Shown here: piece by piece, positions 12,720 to 25,475 of the stretch | How the letters are laid out: each line of letters starts with the position of its first letter | Numbering within the stretch: position 1 is the stretch's first letter | DNA from: Asterias rubens | Taxonomy: Eukaryota | Length of the DNA stretch: 64,000 bases | Direction: 5' to 3' | Assembly (NCBI RefSeq): GCF_902459465.1 | Contig: NC_047068.1 | Location: 1,674,001 to 1,738,000, forward strand | Program-made: the position numbers and the translations under genes | The notes under the pieces: generated by a model | Told to the model about the DNA's origin: nothing | What the model saw: only the letters and a program-made list of their open reading frames with translations | The model's database searches: none

Positions 12720-13530
12720 TCCCTCTGCTAAAATATAGGATTCGAACACAGCATCTATAGCTACCAGGCAATCTCGGCGGTCTAGTTGTAAGACAGCTGC
12801 TGCTCTAGATTGACAAAGCTGATGGGTTCGAATCCAACCCGAATTGCCGTGGAAATGTTTTAACAGAACTCGGGAAAGTACTGAGTGCTTACACACATTA
12901 GTGTGAGGGTAAAATCAAATTAATCCCAATGTAAATTCAACATCTATTAAACCTTTGCGGTACCATGCTCCTAAAACATAGGATTCGAACTGCATCTAGC
13001 TACCGGACTAAAAAGGTTGCCTAAGACATCTGCTCTAGACTGCCAAAGGTCATGGGTTCGGATCCCACCCGAGCAAAATGCATGTGATTTGTTTTCACCG
13101 AACTCGGGGAAAGTACTGATTCGAACTGCCTCTAGCTACCGGGCAATCGCGGTTGTCTAGGTGGTAATACCTTGCTCTAGATTGGCAACATTCGTGGGTT
13201 CGAACCTCACCTGAGTAATATGCCTGTGATGTTTTGTTCACAGAACTCGGGTAAGTACTGAGTATACAGTACTAACACACATCGGTGTATGGGTAAACCA
13301 AAACATATATTCTTTATCCCAGATGTCAATTCAACATCGTTGCAGTACCCACTGCTTAAACAGGATTCGAACTACCTCTAGCTACTTGGTGGTCTAATTG
13401 GTGAGACATCTTATCTAAATTGGCAAAGGTCAGGGGTTCGAATCCCACCCGAGTAATAATGCCTGTGATTGTTTTCACATAACTCGGGAAAATTCTGACT
13501 ATACACAGTGCTTAAAAACGTCGATGTAGG
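12720..13530 (+). mobile_element. Head-to-tail tandem array of four tRNA-cored repeat units
   Basis: Units at about 12720-12947, 12949-13118 (3' truncated), 13119-13338 (leader truncated) and 13339-13530, each with GGTTCG(A/G)A(T/C)C and AACTCGGG motifs. Confidence 0.85.
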
Positions 13531-14361
13531 CCATAGAGTAAAAGCAAACAGTAATAAGGGAATAACGAGTTCTTCAACAAAAGGTTTATGCACACCCACG
13601 TGACGCGCTCTCCACCAATAGGAGTAGAGAAACTGTCTGGGGTATTTATGAATACATATTTGAGATTATAGATTCACAGTTAGGCTCTCATACTCAATAG
13701 GCCTTGGGTAAAGATTGTATTTTAATAATTACAATACAATCCCTTAACACGAAACAGGAGTGAGGACGTTTGTTAATTTGATTATAAAATTAGGTCCACC
13801 GGCATGTTTTGAAAGCGAGTTAAAATGGAAAAGGGGGTTTTCTCTTTCACTGGGGAATAATTGTTGTTGAAGGAAGGCATTGAATAGCATTAATTTGTTT
13901 GCATTTATGAAGTCGAGTTTTATATTTTTCATCACAGGACAGGCAATTGTTCATTTCAATTTTAATTTTAAGGGAGAAAGTGTTCTTCTGTTTAACGTCA
14001 AAATTCGCTTTAGCTAGCTTCCTGCTATAAACGCAATAGGTACACTTTAATGCAATCGAACGAAGTCTAGTCTTGCTGTGTGAGTGTAAATGGTATCCAT
14101 TAATACCGAACTTGATACGTGATATACGCACTATTTATCCGAGGCTTTGCCGCTAGACCACTCAATATTATGGAAATGGGTTTCGTTATGTACTTTCTCA
14201 GCCAAAAGGCATTTTCACATTGGTAGTGTTACTGTATACGGTCTTCTATATGTTTTGTTTGTCATAAAATTAATTCCTATCTAAGCCTAGTTTGAAGTGC
14301 TCTATAAATTCTAATTATTGAATTATTGATGATACACATATTTCCCAAAATAATTGATTGA

Positions 14362-14657
14362 TTAAAGGCAGTGGACACTATTGGTAATTACTCAAAGTAA
14401 TTATTAGCATAAAACCTTACTTGGTAACGAGCAATGGAGAGCTGTTGATAGTGAAATACATTGTGAGAAACGGATCCCTCTGAAGTAACGTAGTTTTCGA
14501 GAAAGAAGTAACTTTTAACGAATTTGATTTCGAGACCTCAGATTGAGAATTTGAGGTCTTGAAATCAAGCATCTAAACGCACACAACTTCGTGTGACAAG
14601 GGTGTTTTTTCTTTCATTATTATCTCGCAACTTCGACGTCCAATTGAGCTTAAATTT
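14362..14657 (+). mobile_element. Kolobok-like MITE family A, right end missing
   Basis: TTAAAGGCAGTGGACACTATTGG followed by a canonical body. Confidence 0.85.
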
Positions 14658-15102
14658 AACTTTCGTCTACAGTTTTCAGGGATAAAAACGTACATACTTA
14701 GAAGTGAAATGTTTCTCGTTATACTATGGAACGCTTACATAAGTTAAGGAGATTATAATGCGCCAAAACATATCCACCCGATTCTATTGTGTACTCTTCT
14801 ATTCAAACGATTTTATTGTCATTAGTTTTAAGACCACCAAACGCATATCTTCCCTTTAGGGAAGGTTCGGCAGTCATACTTGGTGGGGATTGCTTTTTAG
14901 AAACCAATTGGCGTAGGTCTAAAAGAGTGGCCCATTTAGATGTAAAGTGCCCTAACGTTTTATGTTGTTCAGAGTGACTGAGTTTTGAATGACATAGTGC
15001 TGATGCTTTTTAGAGGATGATTTCTGCTCTCGTTTGACGATGTCATGGACATGACAATAAGGTCACGTCGATATGCTGAAGGCTAGCTCCAGACTGAGAT
15101 CT

Positions 15103-15542
15103 TTAAAGGCACTGGGATGGATTTCACAAAGAGTTAAGACGAGTCTTATCTAGAGTTAGGACGAGTTACTCGTCATAATTTATGACTAGCCTTACGTTTT
15201 GTATATCTCCTAGGACTAGTCCTAACTCTTTGTGAAATCGACCCCAGGTAACTCAGTTGGTCGTCGAAGTTGCGGGATAATGAAAGCAAAAACACCCTTG
15301 CCGCACAAGTTGTGTGCTTTCAGATGCTTGATTTTAAGACCTCAAAATCTAAATCTGAGGTCTCGAAATCAAATTCAAATACTTGAGTGAGAAACTACTT
15401 CTTTCTCAAAAACTACGTTACTTCAGAGGGAGCCGTTTCTTGCAGTGTTTTTTACCATCAACAGCTCTCCATTGCTTGTTAACAAGTGAGTTTTTATGAT
15501 AACAATATTTTGAGTGATTACCAACAGTGTCCGTGCCTTTAA
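15103..15542 (-). mobile_element. Kolobok-like MITE family A with nested Harbinger-like MITE
   Basis: TTAA at both ends; insertion at 15115-15244. Confidence 0.8.
15115..15244. mobile_element. PIF/Harbinger-like MITE family H2
   Basis: CTG|GGATGGATTTCACAAAGAG ... CTCTTTGTGAAATCGACCC|CAG. Confidence 0.8.
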
Positions 15543-15620
15543 GCATCTCTTCCCAACACGACTTCTTGAATCGTCAGTCAGTTGGAATATCGCAGCTGCC
15601 ATAGCTGGATTCCCTTGAAT

Positions 15621-15955
15621 AGATGTTAAATTTGCATCGGGGGAAAAGAAAAAAATTTTATATATATTTTTTTTAACTCTACACCGATGTGTGTTAGCTC
15701 ATGGATTCCTTTTATTGACTGGAAAGCCAAACATGAAGGGGATGTACGAACGGGTATGAGCTAATCGTATAATAATTTAATCATTATGTCTTAAGGTGAA
15801 TGTTCTTGGTGGGATTGGTGGTTTTGTTTTAACAAAACATCAAATAGCGTTCCGATGATTTGTAATTAGTGTGTTGTGCATAGATGTACAATAGATATTA
15901 AATTTACATCAGGAATAAAGAATATTAGTTTGGGTTTGACCCTTACACCGATGGT
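15621..15955 (-). mobile_element. Two 3'-end fragments of the tRNA-cored repeat
   Basis: AGATGTTAAATTTGCATCGGGG...ACACCGATGTGTGTTAGC (15621-15710) and AGATATTAAATTTACATCAGG...ACACCGATG (15894-15955) are reverse complements of the element 3' end. Confidence 0.7.
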
Positions 15956-18900
15956 CTAACAGTACAATCAAAATTTATATTGCAATACTCGTTCGTGCGT
16001 ACATAGTACTTTATTATTTTTTCCCCCAAACTTTAAACCACAAAGAGAAAAAAAAACACACACAATGAAACAAATTAAATGCAAAAATACAAATTGAAAC
16101 AGAACAACCAAATAAGAACGATGACTATAGATAAATATTTCAAATGGAAGTAGTTGGCACTGTTCTACTTTGTACGTGCGAATCATGACCATAGATGAGC
16201 AAATTATTGTCTCTGCACACCGGAGTTCTTTCATGTTTTTTTCAAAAATTTGAATATTTTGTAAAGTTGTAAATTTCAAGTAATTTGGGCTTTAAGAATG
16301 ACAAATTTACTACAGAGCGGGATTTGAACCTGTGACCCCTTGATTGCCCGCGAGTACTATCTCATGACAGTTCGAAGAGACAGTGGGTATACACGGGTTG
16401 CCCTTATTCAAAACTTTATCAAAGCAAGTTTCACTCCTATAATTTTCTTTCCACTTACGAAAATTGATTCGTGTTCATTTCGTCACCGTTTTTTTTTTCT
16501 TGATCAATGTATCCGTGCCTTCTATCCGTGCCTCCGTATCCCTTACTTGCCTGGTCAATGTATCTTGAAAACCCAATCCATTGAATACCTTTCCTAAACA
16601 TGTATAAATTGTGTACCGTCCAGTTTCGAAACAAGGTGTTCTTTTTTTCTTTCGTTTCGTGGATTCGTGATTTAGCATTCTGAGTAACAATCAAAGCTTT
16701 ACTTGTGTTCTTTAATACGATTTCAGATCGCAGGTGTTGGTATGTTTGGCTCTGATTTGTCGTCCGTTAACCTTTAAGTATTTGAATACACTTGGTGTAA
16801 TTCAGTTAGTACTACGTAATGGGAACGTGACGACAACACTGTGCAAGCAATCAGAGTCTGGTGCCGTACAGATGCGGTTGCTCTATGTTATGACCAAGAC
16901 ACTAGCTTCTGAATTAATTTAGTTCATGGTGCCATATTGTTTTTTGTTTTGTCTTGTTCTGAATTCAGACATATCCACTCAGGGAGAATTAAATAAGAGA
17001 ACCAACTTTGCAAATCGCAATTACTTTAATGAAAGTGTCTGCGAATACTGCATGAATACTGCATGTGTGCCTCACCAACCACACGTTAGAAACCAGTTGA
17101 CTAGAGTCTGAAGCCTATTGATGTGGGATCGACCCGTTCAAATAGCGAGTAAACACCTCATAAATAATTGTGCGTCTGATTTGATGTGTAATATAGACTA
17201 AAGGGAACAGAATATCTTAAGTTTGCGGAACTGCGATTGTTTTTATCCTATATAATATAAATGTAGATAATACAATACAACTAACTTCTGAAAATTTAAT
17301 TTCAAAAATTTGAACCGTTTTTTCGATACCGCTGAACATCCAAAAAGGTTTTGTTCACGTTGGAATAATATAGTTCATAATTGGGGTACATATGAGGAAT
17401 GTATCAACACATTCACATCAACACGAGTCCTTCCATATAAACACCATTATTAAATCATGTTATAATAGATATTGCTTGACCGAGTATTTCATGCGAAACC
17501 CAGCCTTAATGTACGGAGTTTTGCAAGATCATTTCTCTCGCAAAGTTTTGCAAAATAATAAGTCGACTAATCATCTTAATTCATTAATTTACCTTTTTGG
17601 CTTTTGTTGATACATACGTCTCAACAGTCAACATAGGTTCCACGCACGCAAGCAGTTTCACCAAAGTCAGTCGACATCTTATATTCGGTAATTCATCTAT
17701 AGGCATGATAAATAATACTCGTTAAAAGAGAAAACATGCATGGCACACCTGGAACTCCGTATCCTTGCACTTTTTGCACAATAACCTTATCCTGAAAAAC
17801 AATTATATGAAGGAATAAGATGGCACTAAATCATTCAGTTTACTCTTAATGTTTGTCATCGGATGAAATATGGAAGTAACAGGTGACGGTAACCACGAAA
17901 GCAATCAGTGGCTTGCTTATCCAGACGTGTGTTTTTATTTTTTATTATAAGTACTTATTTTGTATGATATTTGTTTTGAGTGAAAACAATTTTAATGTTG
18001 AGAATGCACTCTCTTAACGAATCCAGGGTCAGAATTTACCCGTACCAGGGTCTCATGGGGCTTGACTCATTTCTGGGTCAGTATGACTTGGAATGTCCCA
18101 GTATTTGATCAACCTGTCGCAGAATATAAGTTGAAATCAATCCCATTTTAAACCAGTTTCCGTATGGGTCAGGCTGATCGAGAAAGGGCCAGGCTGACAC
18201 CGAACGGGTTATGCCCACTGGGACGGGAATCCCGAAAAATTTTGATCCGAGATTTGTGCAAGTGCAACTCAAAAGTGAATTGCACAATGACCGGTTAAAT
18301 TGTTGATTGGTTCTTTAATAGTGTTATTTGCAGGGACATAACACCTCACACATACCAAATATGCAGTCACAGATGCGGCAATAAACAAACTACATAAATA
18401 AATTGACAAACAATCTCTATTTAACGCAATCAAGTCCGCTTGATATCCCCCGAATGTAGGAGCAGAAAGCAAATGTCTTGAGATTTTGATGAGAAACAAA
18501 TATATTTAAAAGGTTTGCAGGCGATACATTTTGGATTTTGGTTTCATGCACTCGTTTTTTCTCCACCACAAACTTCAAACAGACTACTGCACAAAGGTCA
18601 TCTCACACTTTATATCTGTCAAATAATATACCATAAGTGAAACTGACTGAGTAAATGTAAAGGACTTTGTCTATCTTTGTGCATAAAAAAAAACCAGTGG
18701 AGTAGACTTTAGAAATACATTTAGAACTGTACAAGCTTCCATACAGTAGTAGTGCTTTTCTCGAAACCCTTTGATTTATTCTTAACAATTTATAATGGAA
18801 TCAAGCTTATATACAATATGCAGTGGCCAAAGGTAGTAGCCCCCCCCCCCCCCATAGACAGTTCTTTGCAAGATTAGATTGATCATCAAAAAGAAACAAG

Positions 18901-20927
18901 CAACCCACGCGTTTTGATGGCACTGCGTTTAAAGTGTAAAAGTAGTTATTCTGTGATGACCGCCGTAAAGTAAAGTAATAGGTGACTTACGACTGATGCC
19001 CAAGACTAACTCTGTTAAGATAGTGTTCAACTGTCAACTAAGTACGGTCGAATAACCACAAGAACAAAGAGGAATAAAATAACAAATGGATTTTTTTACC
19101 TCTCGACCCTTCAAAAAAGAGCACCCCCTTGTCGATTACTATTCAGAAACCATGATTTCTGAGTCGCTGTCTGTCAGTGCAAGCAATAATACGTTTACCT
19201 TGTCTCGTTTATTGGTTTTTAAATGGATTGCATTAGACGTCATTGATGACTTGTGCACACGTGAAAAGCTACCATTGGCTGAGAGTCGTGCGCAGTTCCA
19301 TGAACGTGTGCACTTGTGCAACGTTTAACATCAAACGTGGCGGTCAATGACGCTTAGTGCGACCCATCTATTGACCACTGCGTATCCCCCACCCCACGTG
19401 ACAAGATTTCAAATATCAACCCCTTCTCATCCATCAGATATCTAAAGAAATACCCAGTGATTTTACAAGTTCATCTTTGTGGAAAGTCAAAACATTTAGC
19501 CGGGAGCTTTTAGCAACAGAGTCTGTTTATGTATAGAAATATATGCCAGTTGGTCGGTCGTCATTATTCTTTCCGAGTCCTCACACCGTTCCACACAGAC
19601 TCAGATGGGATGGGACTTGCTTATATGGTACACATCGGTGTCCGAGCGAACTAACACAAAAGCCTTTATTGTATTCTTTGAGAAAGTAACTGCACGACAA
19701 AACGAGCTGTTTATTTCGTATAATGAGTCACAAGATTTCCCATGTACCGTTCTGACTGTGTATTTCAATTCCAAAATCATCACCCAAATTAAGTTTTTAT
19801 CAAGTACTACACCATAAGTGACCATAAGGGAAACTGACTTTGTAAGATTTTGGAGCGACCAAAGAATTATTGACTGGAGCGGGACTTTAACCAAGACCTA
19901 TGGATTAACGTTCTGCTTACCCAACTGCGCAAACTACAGCCCTTTGTTGGCGGTCTTCCTATATTAGTCAATAACAGTTTTAAAAATGTTACTTGCACAG
20001 CATCTTACCTTTAACGTGTTTTCCCACCAAACATCTGCCTTAAATTTATTGTTCACTTCTCTTTTGCATTTTAAGATAACATTTCAACCAAAAAAAAGTC
20101 TTCAGGCGATATCAGAATAGACATTGATAGTCCAACTCTTACTCGTCAAAACATCTCGAGAACGTTGTGTACCAAACTGTGAAAGGATAACAAAAAGTGC
20201 ACTCTAACGGGCGCAATTTTTCAAAATAGACGTGCGCCTTGCACGGTCTATTCTTCATTGTTTTCACGAGGGGCAAATTTAGCCACTGCAGCCAAACTTT
20301 CATGTTTGGAGAAAACCGCGTTTGAAGTTAAACTTTTTACGAAATCATTGTTTCGGAAACTGTTTGCCAATAAAACGTTGAAATTTGAGAATGTGTACCA
20401 AACCGCGCAAAGTAAAACAAAACAGTGCACTCAATCGGGCACAATTTTTCAAAATACACGCGGTCTATTGACTCAACTCGAATGACGTCATACTCTCGGT
20501 GATGGCGTTTTGGCAATGAGATTTCCCTGGTGTTCATGTGCTGTGTGTGGTTTATGCACAGCATAGGGAGACGCGCACCATGTCAATATTTACTGGCAAT
20601 TTGGACTGACAAAATGGCAGATCGTGGGCAGTTTGTAGCTACATTGCGAAAGTAGCGGAGGTCTGTACTGAAAAACCATCTTCTAAATAAGTTACGTGCA
20701 CTTAGGACTATCTGGCTATATTCTTTGCGTGATGCGTTAGGAAAACTAGATCGGGATGTTTTGACAAAGCGAGACTCACATTGCTGTCATGGAGAAAAAC
20801 AAAGTGGTCGGCAAACGTGTGTTGGTGGATAATTAGTTTGTTTCGTCGGGAGACGTAGACGAGGTTACACAAGCGAGGTGGTAGTGACCAAAGTGTTTTG
20901 TTTACACCGAACGCTTCACTTACTTCT

Positions 20928-21074
20928 AATGGGAGACTTTCAGGACGCTTGGTGGCAGCAGACTTACAGGTAAAATCCATTGTTCTCGGTAATGTGCGCA
21001 TGCTCAGAACTACGTAAACAATGGAAATTTACTCGGTAAGTCTGCTGCCACCTAGGGTTGGAAAGTCTCCCATT
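20928..21074. mobile_element. Palindromic mini-MITE
   Basis: AATGGGAGACTTTC..GGTGGCAGCAGACTTAC..GTAAA.TCCATTGTT / AACAATGG..TTTAC..GTAAGTCTGCTGCCACC..GAAAGTCTCCCATT. Confidence 0.75.
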
Positions 21075-21968
21075 GATGGGATACGCTCCTACAAGCAAAT
21101 GTGCTTAAAAGAGTCTGTATATGTTTACATACGGTTAGTTATGACTGATAAGAAATGGCAAAATTATAAAAACAAATACTTGGTAAGAAGTACAGCAGCT
21201 TTGAATAGTATAATGCTTTTTGCAAAACACAATGGGCTATTGTAATATTTATACGGAAACATATATTTACTTTTTATACCCACTAATTTGAATCTGAGAA
21301 GCATTTCTGACTGTAACGTTTCTCAGATTGTGTATTCCAATTGCATTTTATTCTTCCTGCGTGGACATAACCCCTTCTGATTTTCGCCAATATCTCAAAA
21401 ACACTACCACATTTTGAAAGCTACATTAATATTGCCATAATGGTGTAAAATTTTTCCTTTCTTTTTTGGGTATAAAAAAATGCTTCACCCATGGTGTCAA
21501 TTTTAACACCACAGCTTTAGCAGAATGAAGCCTTCTGGAATCATGCGAGTGACAACTGAACATAAATATACACCATAACAAAAATATAAACAGACACAAT
21601 AAATTGCGTGCTTAAAGATAATATATTTATTCCATATACAGCTGATCAACAAGAGTAGCATTTCAAAGCAAAATTCGTATACAACAAATAAAACATTAAT
21701 ATATCCGCATCATCAGTTATTTTCATTTTAATATGTTAATCATGCATTGTGATAATAATATTTCAAATACATAACATTCAGCGAGGCATTGTTATTTACA
21801 TCGTGTGGATAGTCGTTAATTAAACTATTCTATCATATTTTGAAGGCAATAGTATCCTAATAAATGGTTACCACCTCCAAAAATAACTCTGTCAGAAAAT
21901 CTGTTCTATTTAATATAACGCATCTGTTTTATTAATTTGTTATTCTTGTGCCTGCAAATATCATTGTT

Positions 21969-22343
21969 TTAAAGGCACTGGACACCTTTGTTATTTTCAG
22001 ACAAGTATTCGTACTTGGTATATCCTAACATATTATGCATAACCAAACAAATCTGTGACAATTTTGACTCAGTTGGTCATCGAAGTTGCCAGAAAATAAT
22101 GAAAGAAAAAACGCCATTGTTACACAAATGTGTGTGCTTTCAGATGCATAATAAAAAGACTTCAGCTGAAGTATTTTATTATTTTAGTGAGAAATTACCA
22201 CTTTCTCAAACACTACATTACTTCAGAGGGAGCTGTTTCTCACAATGCTTTATACTACAAACCTCTCCCCATTTCTCATTACCAAGTTAATGTTTATGCT
22301 AACAATTATTTAGAATATTTACCAATACTGTCCAGTGCCTTAA
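21969..22343 (-). mobile_element. Kolobok-like MITE family A
   Basis: TTAA|AGGCACTGGACAC ... CTGTCCAGTGCC|TTAA. Confidence 0.85.
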
Positions 22344-23538
22344 CTGAGCCTATTTACTATAATGTATTTACATTTTGCAAAATGCATATAAATTTTGAGG
22401 TGCAAGAAAGAATAAAGTGGTCAGTTTTCTTATCTCAGTTTCACAAGAATTCTCGCTAGCTGGGTAAAATTATGGTACGGGTCAGTTTCAGTCAAAACAA
22501 CTCAAGTCCTTTCAAAATAGGCTTCGCTTCCCGGCAACTGATTAAACATTTCAAGAGTGTTTATTCAATACTTGTGTCTGGTAATATTATTAGAACAAAT
22601 TGTCAGTGGTTGTGTTACTTTTTGCGTGGTTTGGTGGGCTAGGTAATTATGTTACATAAATCTTTTTCAACAGCTTATTTTTTATGATTACAGTGACTTA
22701 ATGGAACAGGTCAACCTTTAGAAACTTTGATTTTGTTATCAAAGTTTGAACCCCCAAAAGTGTTTTAAATACAAATAGTTACAATTTTTTTATTGATACA
22801 ATTTAGTGGTACCTTCGATCGCCAACGCCAATTAAAAAATGTGCCAGTCTTCGTTCATTTGAATTGACCCTTTCGACGTGTGATTTTTCCCACAAGGCAC
22901 ACTCGAAAAGCACCTGACCCGAAAACTGATCAACAATTGGATTTTGACAGGGACTCTGCGTCAAAGTAACCATTTTATGTGACATTTTGACAATTTGTGA
23001 CCCCAAAATGAGCCTGGCCCGTCGGGCCCCATGACCTGCATCCAGATAAATTTTGACTAGGAGTTGTTATAAAGTCAAAGGCTTTACAACCAATGCCAAC
23101 TTTAAGGTGTTTCTATACCATGTTAGATTCCGGGGCTTGTGGATCATGTCAAATGAGCAACGGGTACTAAAATTGAGATAGGAAATTGACAACGGTGCCT
23201 AGCATTTATCGTACATGCAACAGTCGTTGACATTTAGTCACCGTTCCGAAAGAGAATTAACAAACCACAATAAATGCATCCCATAACTCATGGTATTTTG
23301 CGACATGTTTTTCGGAAAGTCTGAGAGCCACTTGAAAAGCCGCTGCGTGAGTGCACACACGCACCCATAATTAATCATGGACATTGTTGATTTCTCACAC
23401 TTTATGTGATAGGCTCACAATGTCCTTTTTCGATTGGAAAAATGCAATCAAGAGAGCTCAAATCCACCTGTTTTAATTTAGCACAAATGTCTCAATGACA
23501 GACTGCTGAGAGATGTTTGGGGGGAAAGCTCAAATTAA

Positions 23539-23780
23539 GCTCTTTTCACACGGCAGCAGTTTAGCATGGGTCCCCAGCTAAATCTGAGCAAGGTTGTACA
23601 TATACTTCTTGTGAAAGGACAACAGTGTTTGAACTCTCCAAGTTCCCTAAAGTGAGATCTTCTCAAAATGTCAATACTTTATTAGCAGAAACATTAAATG
23701 TATTTCACACGAGGTGCATTTGGCAATTATTTCACAAATAAGCAAGGGACCATTGTTAAATTGATACCGTGTGAAAGGGC
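23539..23780. mobile_element. TIR MITE (GCYCTTTTCACACGG termini, Harbinger-like)
   Basis: GCTCTTTTCACACGG ... CCGTGTGAAAGGGC; partial relative at about 38263-38355. Confidence 0.6.
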
Positions 23781-25157
23781 TTCCCTGCTTAGGTTTTCCA
23801 TTATAGCATGGTAACCAATGATTCTAAAATAAAACTGGTGTGAACCAAAAGCCTTTTGAGATGATGGCAGACACAATGTTACATACAGTATTAGGTTTTG
23901 GTAATTATGTCTGAATTACACGTTAACTATACAGTGCACTCCTATCGACCTTTATCACGCTGTCACATGTTCCCTGTTTCCAATAACAGTAATGAATGCT
24001 GAAATATTCATTGAGCATGGCACCAGACTATTTCGTCCAGCCTCAGTTTGGTTACAATGAGTTGGAGTAAAATCAAGATGACCCCACCGTGATAAAGGTA
24101 TTGCGTCCGCCATACCTCAAAAAGGCCAATTTGGTTGATAATTAGGCACAATGGCCAGCACTTTCCATCGAACGTAACAGTGTATTTTACATTACAATAA
24201 TTCACTTGAAACTGGTTTTTATCACAGTTAGATAACATCAATATACTTCTTTAAAACGTCTACTCTACAATACAAACTCTACAGTTGAAGAATATCTATA
24301 CAAATACAAGATTTATTCGAACAAACGAATTCTCATAATCGTTAATTCTAAACCTGTAGGTATAACTAACTCACTGAAATCAAATAGAAATGGTATAGAA
24401 TCCAGCATGTACAAGCATTATAAAGTTCAGCGATACTGATATGGTTGTTTATCCCATTTCTTCTATCTTTATTATTTCCTGGAGACGCACCTGGCCTAAG
24501 TCACGTGATGATAACCAACAGTGCTGATTGGCCAGTAACTCTATACACGTGACTATTTGCTACATGCAACATTCGACAAGAACCGCCTAAGGTGTTTTAC
24601 TTAACTGTTTCGTTGATTTGTGGTTTCAATTTCGTTCAGTTCAAATTTTTAAACCGTGGTTTAAAAACAAATAATTGATGAATTGTTGACTGGATCGAAA
24701 GAGAGAGCCCCAGCAGTTTAACGGACATTGTGTTAAGTTTAGGTGAATAGATTTACATCGGCCAGTTTCACTGTGTTTACTTTTGTTTTTTTAACTATTC
24801 ATTAATCACAACGACTGGTTAATAAATCATTTTCATCAATGGAAATAGTGTTCAATGAAATCATGACAAGAAGGTGTGAGACAGAAGCTTTTTCTTAGAG
24901 AGACCATAACAAGACAACCAATGATAAGTCGAAACAATAACTGTCTTTCATGTATTCTAGTAATCTCATGCTACTTCCCGATTGGTGGGAAATGGATTGT
25001 TTATTTTGTATGGTTCGTTTGCAATTCCTCTTTCGTTGCCTTTATAGATTTCTAGGATACACCGATACTTTGCTGTACTTTATTCTATACGTTAAGATCA
25101 ATAGGTACGGAAGTTTATTGTTGCGACATTAACAAAAAAAGTCTTATCTTGTTCGTA

Positions 25158-25475
25158 CACGATACGTCCAAAGTTATCATGTACTTACACGATAAAGTAT
25201 TGCGTGATCACGATACGTCCAAAGTTATCATGTACTTACATGATAAAGTATTGCGTGATCACGATACGTCCAAAGTTATCATGTACTTACACGATAAAGT
25301 ATTGCGTGATCACGATACGTCCAAAGTTATCATGTACTTACATGATAAAGTATTGCGTGATCGTGTACGTACACGATAAAGTATTGCGTGGTCATGTACG
25401 TGCACAATAACATATTGCGTGATCATGTACGTACGCGATACTTTATCGTGTACGTATCGTGTACGTACACGATAA
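25158..25475. repeat. 51-bp minisatellite (4 full units) with 31-bp degenerate subunits
   Basis: Unit CACGATACGTCCAAAGTTATCATGTACTTACAYGATAAAGTATTGCGTGAT starting at 25158, 25209, 25260 and 25311. Confidence 0.95.

Noticed and set aside
13195-13290. HDV-like ribozyme in the tRNA-cored element (P1 GGGUUC/GAACUC, P3 GUG/CAC, GGG-P4-GCUAA in the family consensus)
   Set aside because: P2 cannot be formed and L3 is oligo-U rather than the conserved YCC-containing loop.
10584-13460. Genuine tRNA genes in the tRNA-like cores
   Set aside because: Anticodon and D arms are irregular and differ among copies, there is no oligo-T terminator directly after the acceptor stem, and the cores sit within a shared repeat body.
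19200-19400. Enhancer-like cluster (TGACG, CCAAT, E-box-like motifs)
   Set aside because: Short motifs are expected by chance; cannot be supported without conservation or chromatin data.
20163-20462. CVPNC THAP-like motif
   Set aside because: A stop follows within eight codons; the segment is a local ~75-bp duplication (20163-20235 and 20390-20462) more like non-coding TE interior.
25158-25361. CRISPR-like array or repeat-coded 17-aa protein
   Set aside because: Units are contiguous with no unique spacers, the context is eukaryotic, and the ORF is a by-product of a unit length divisible by three.
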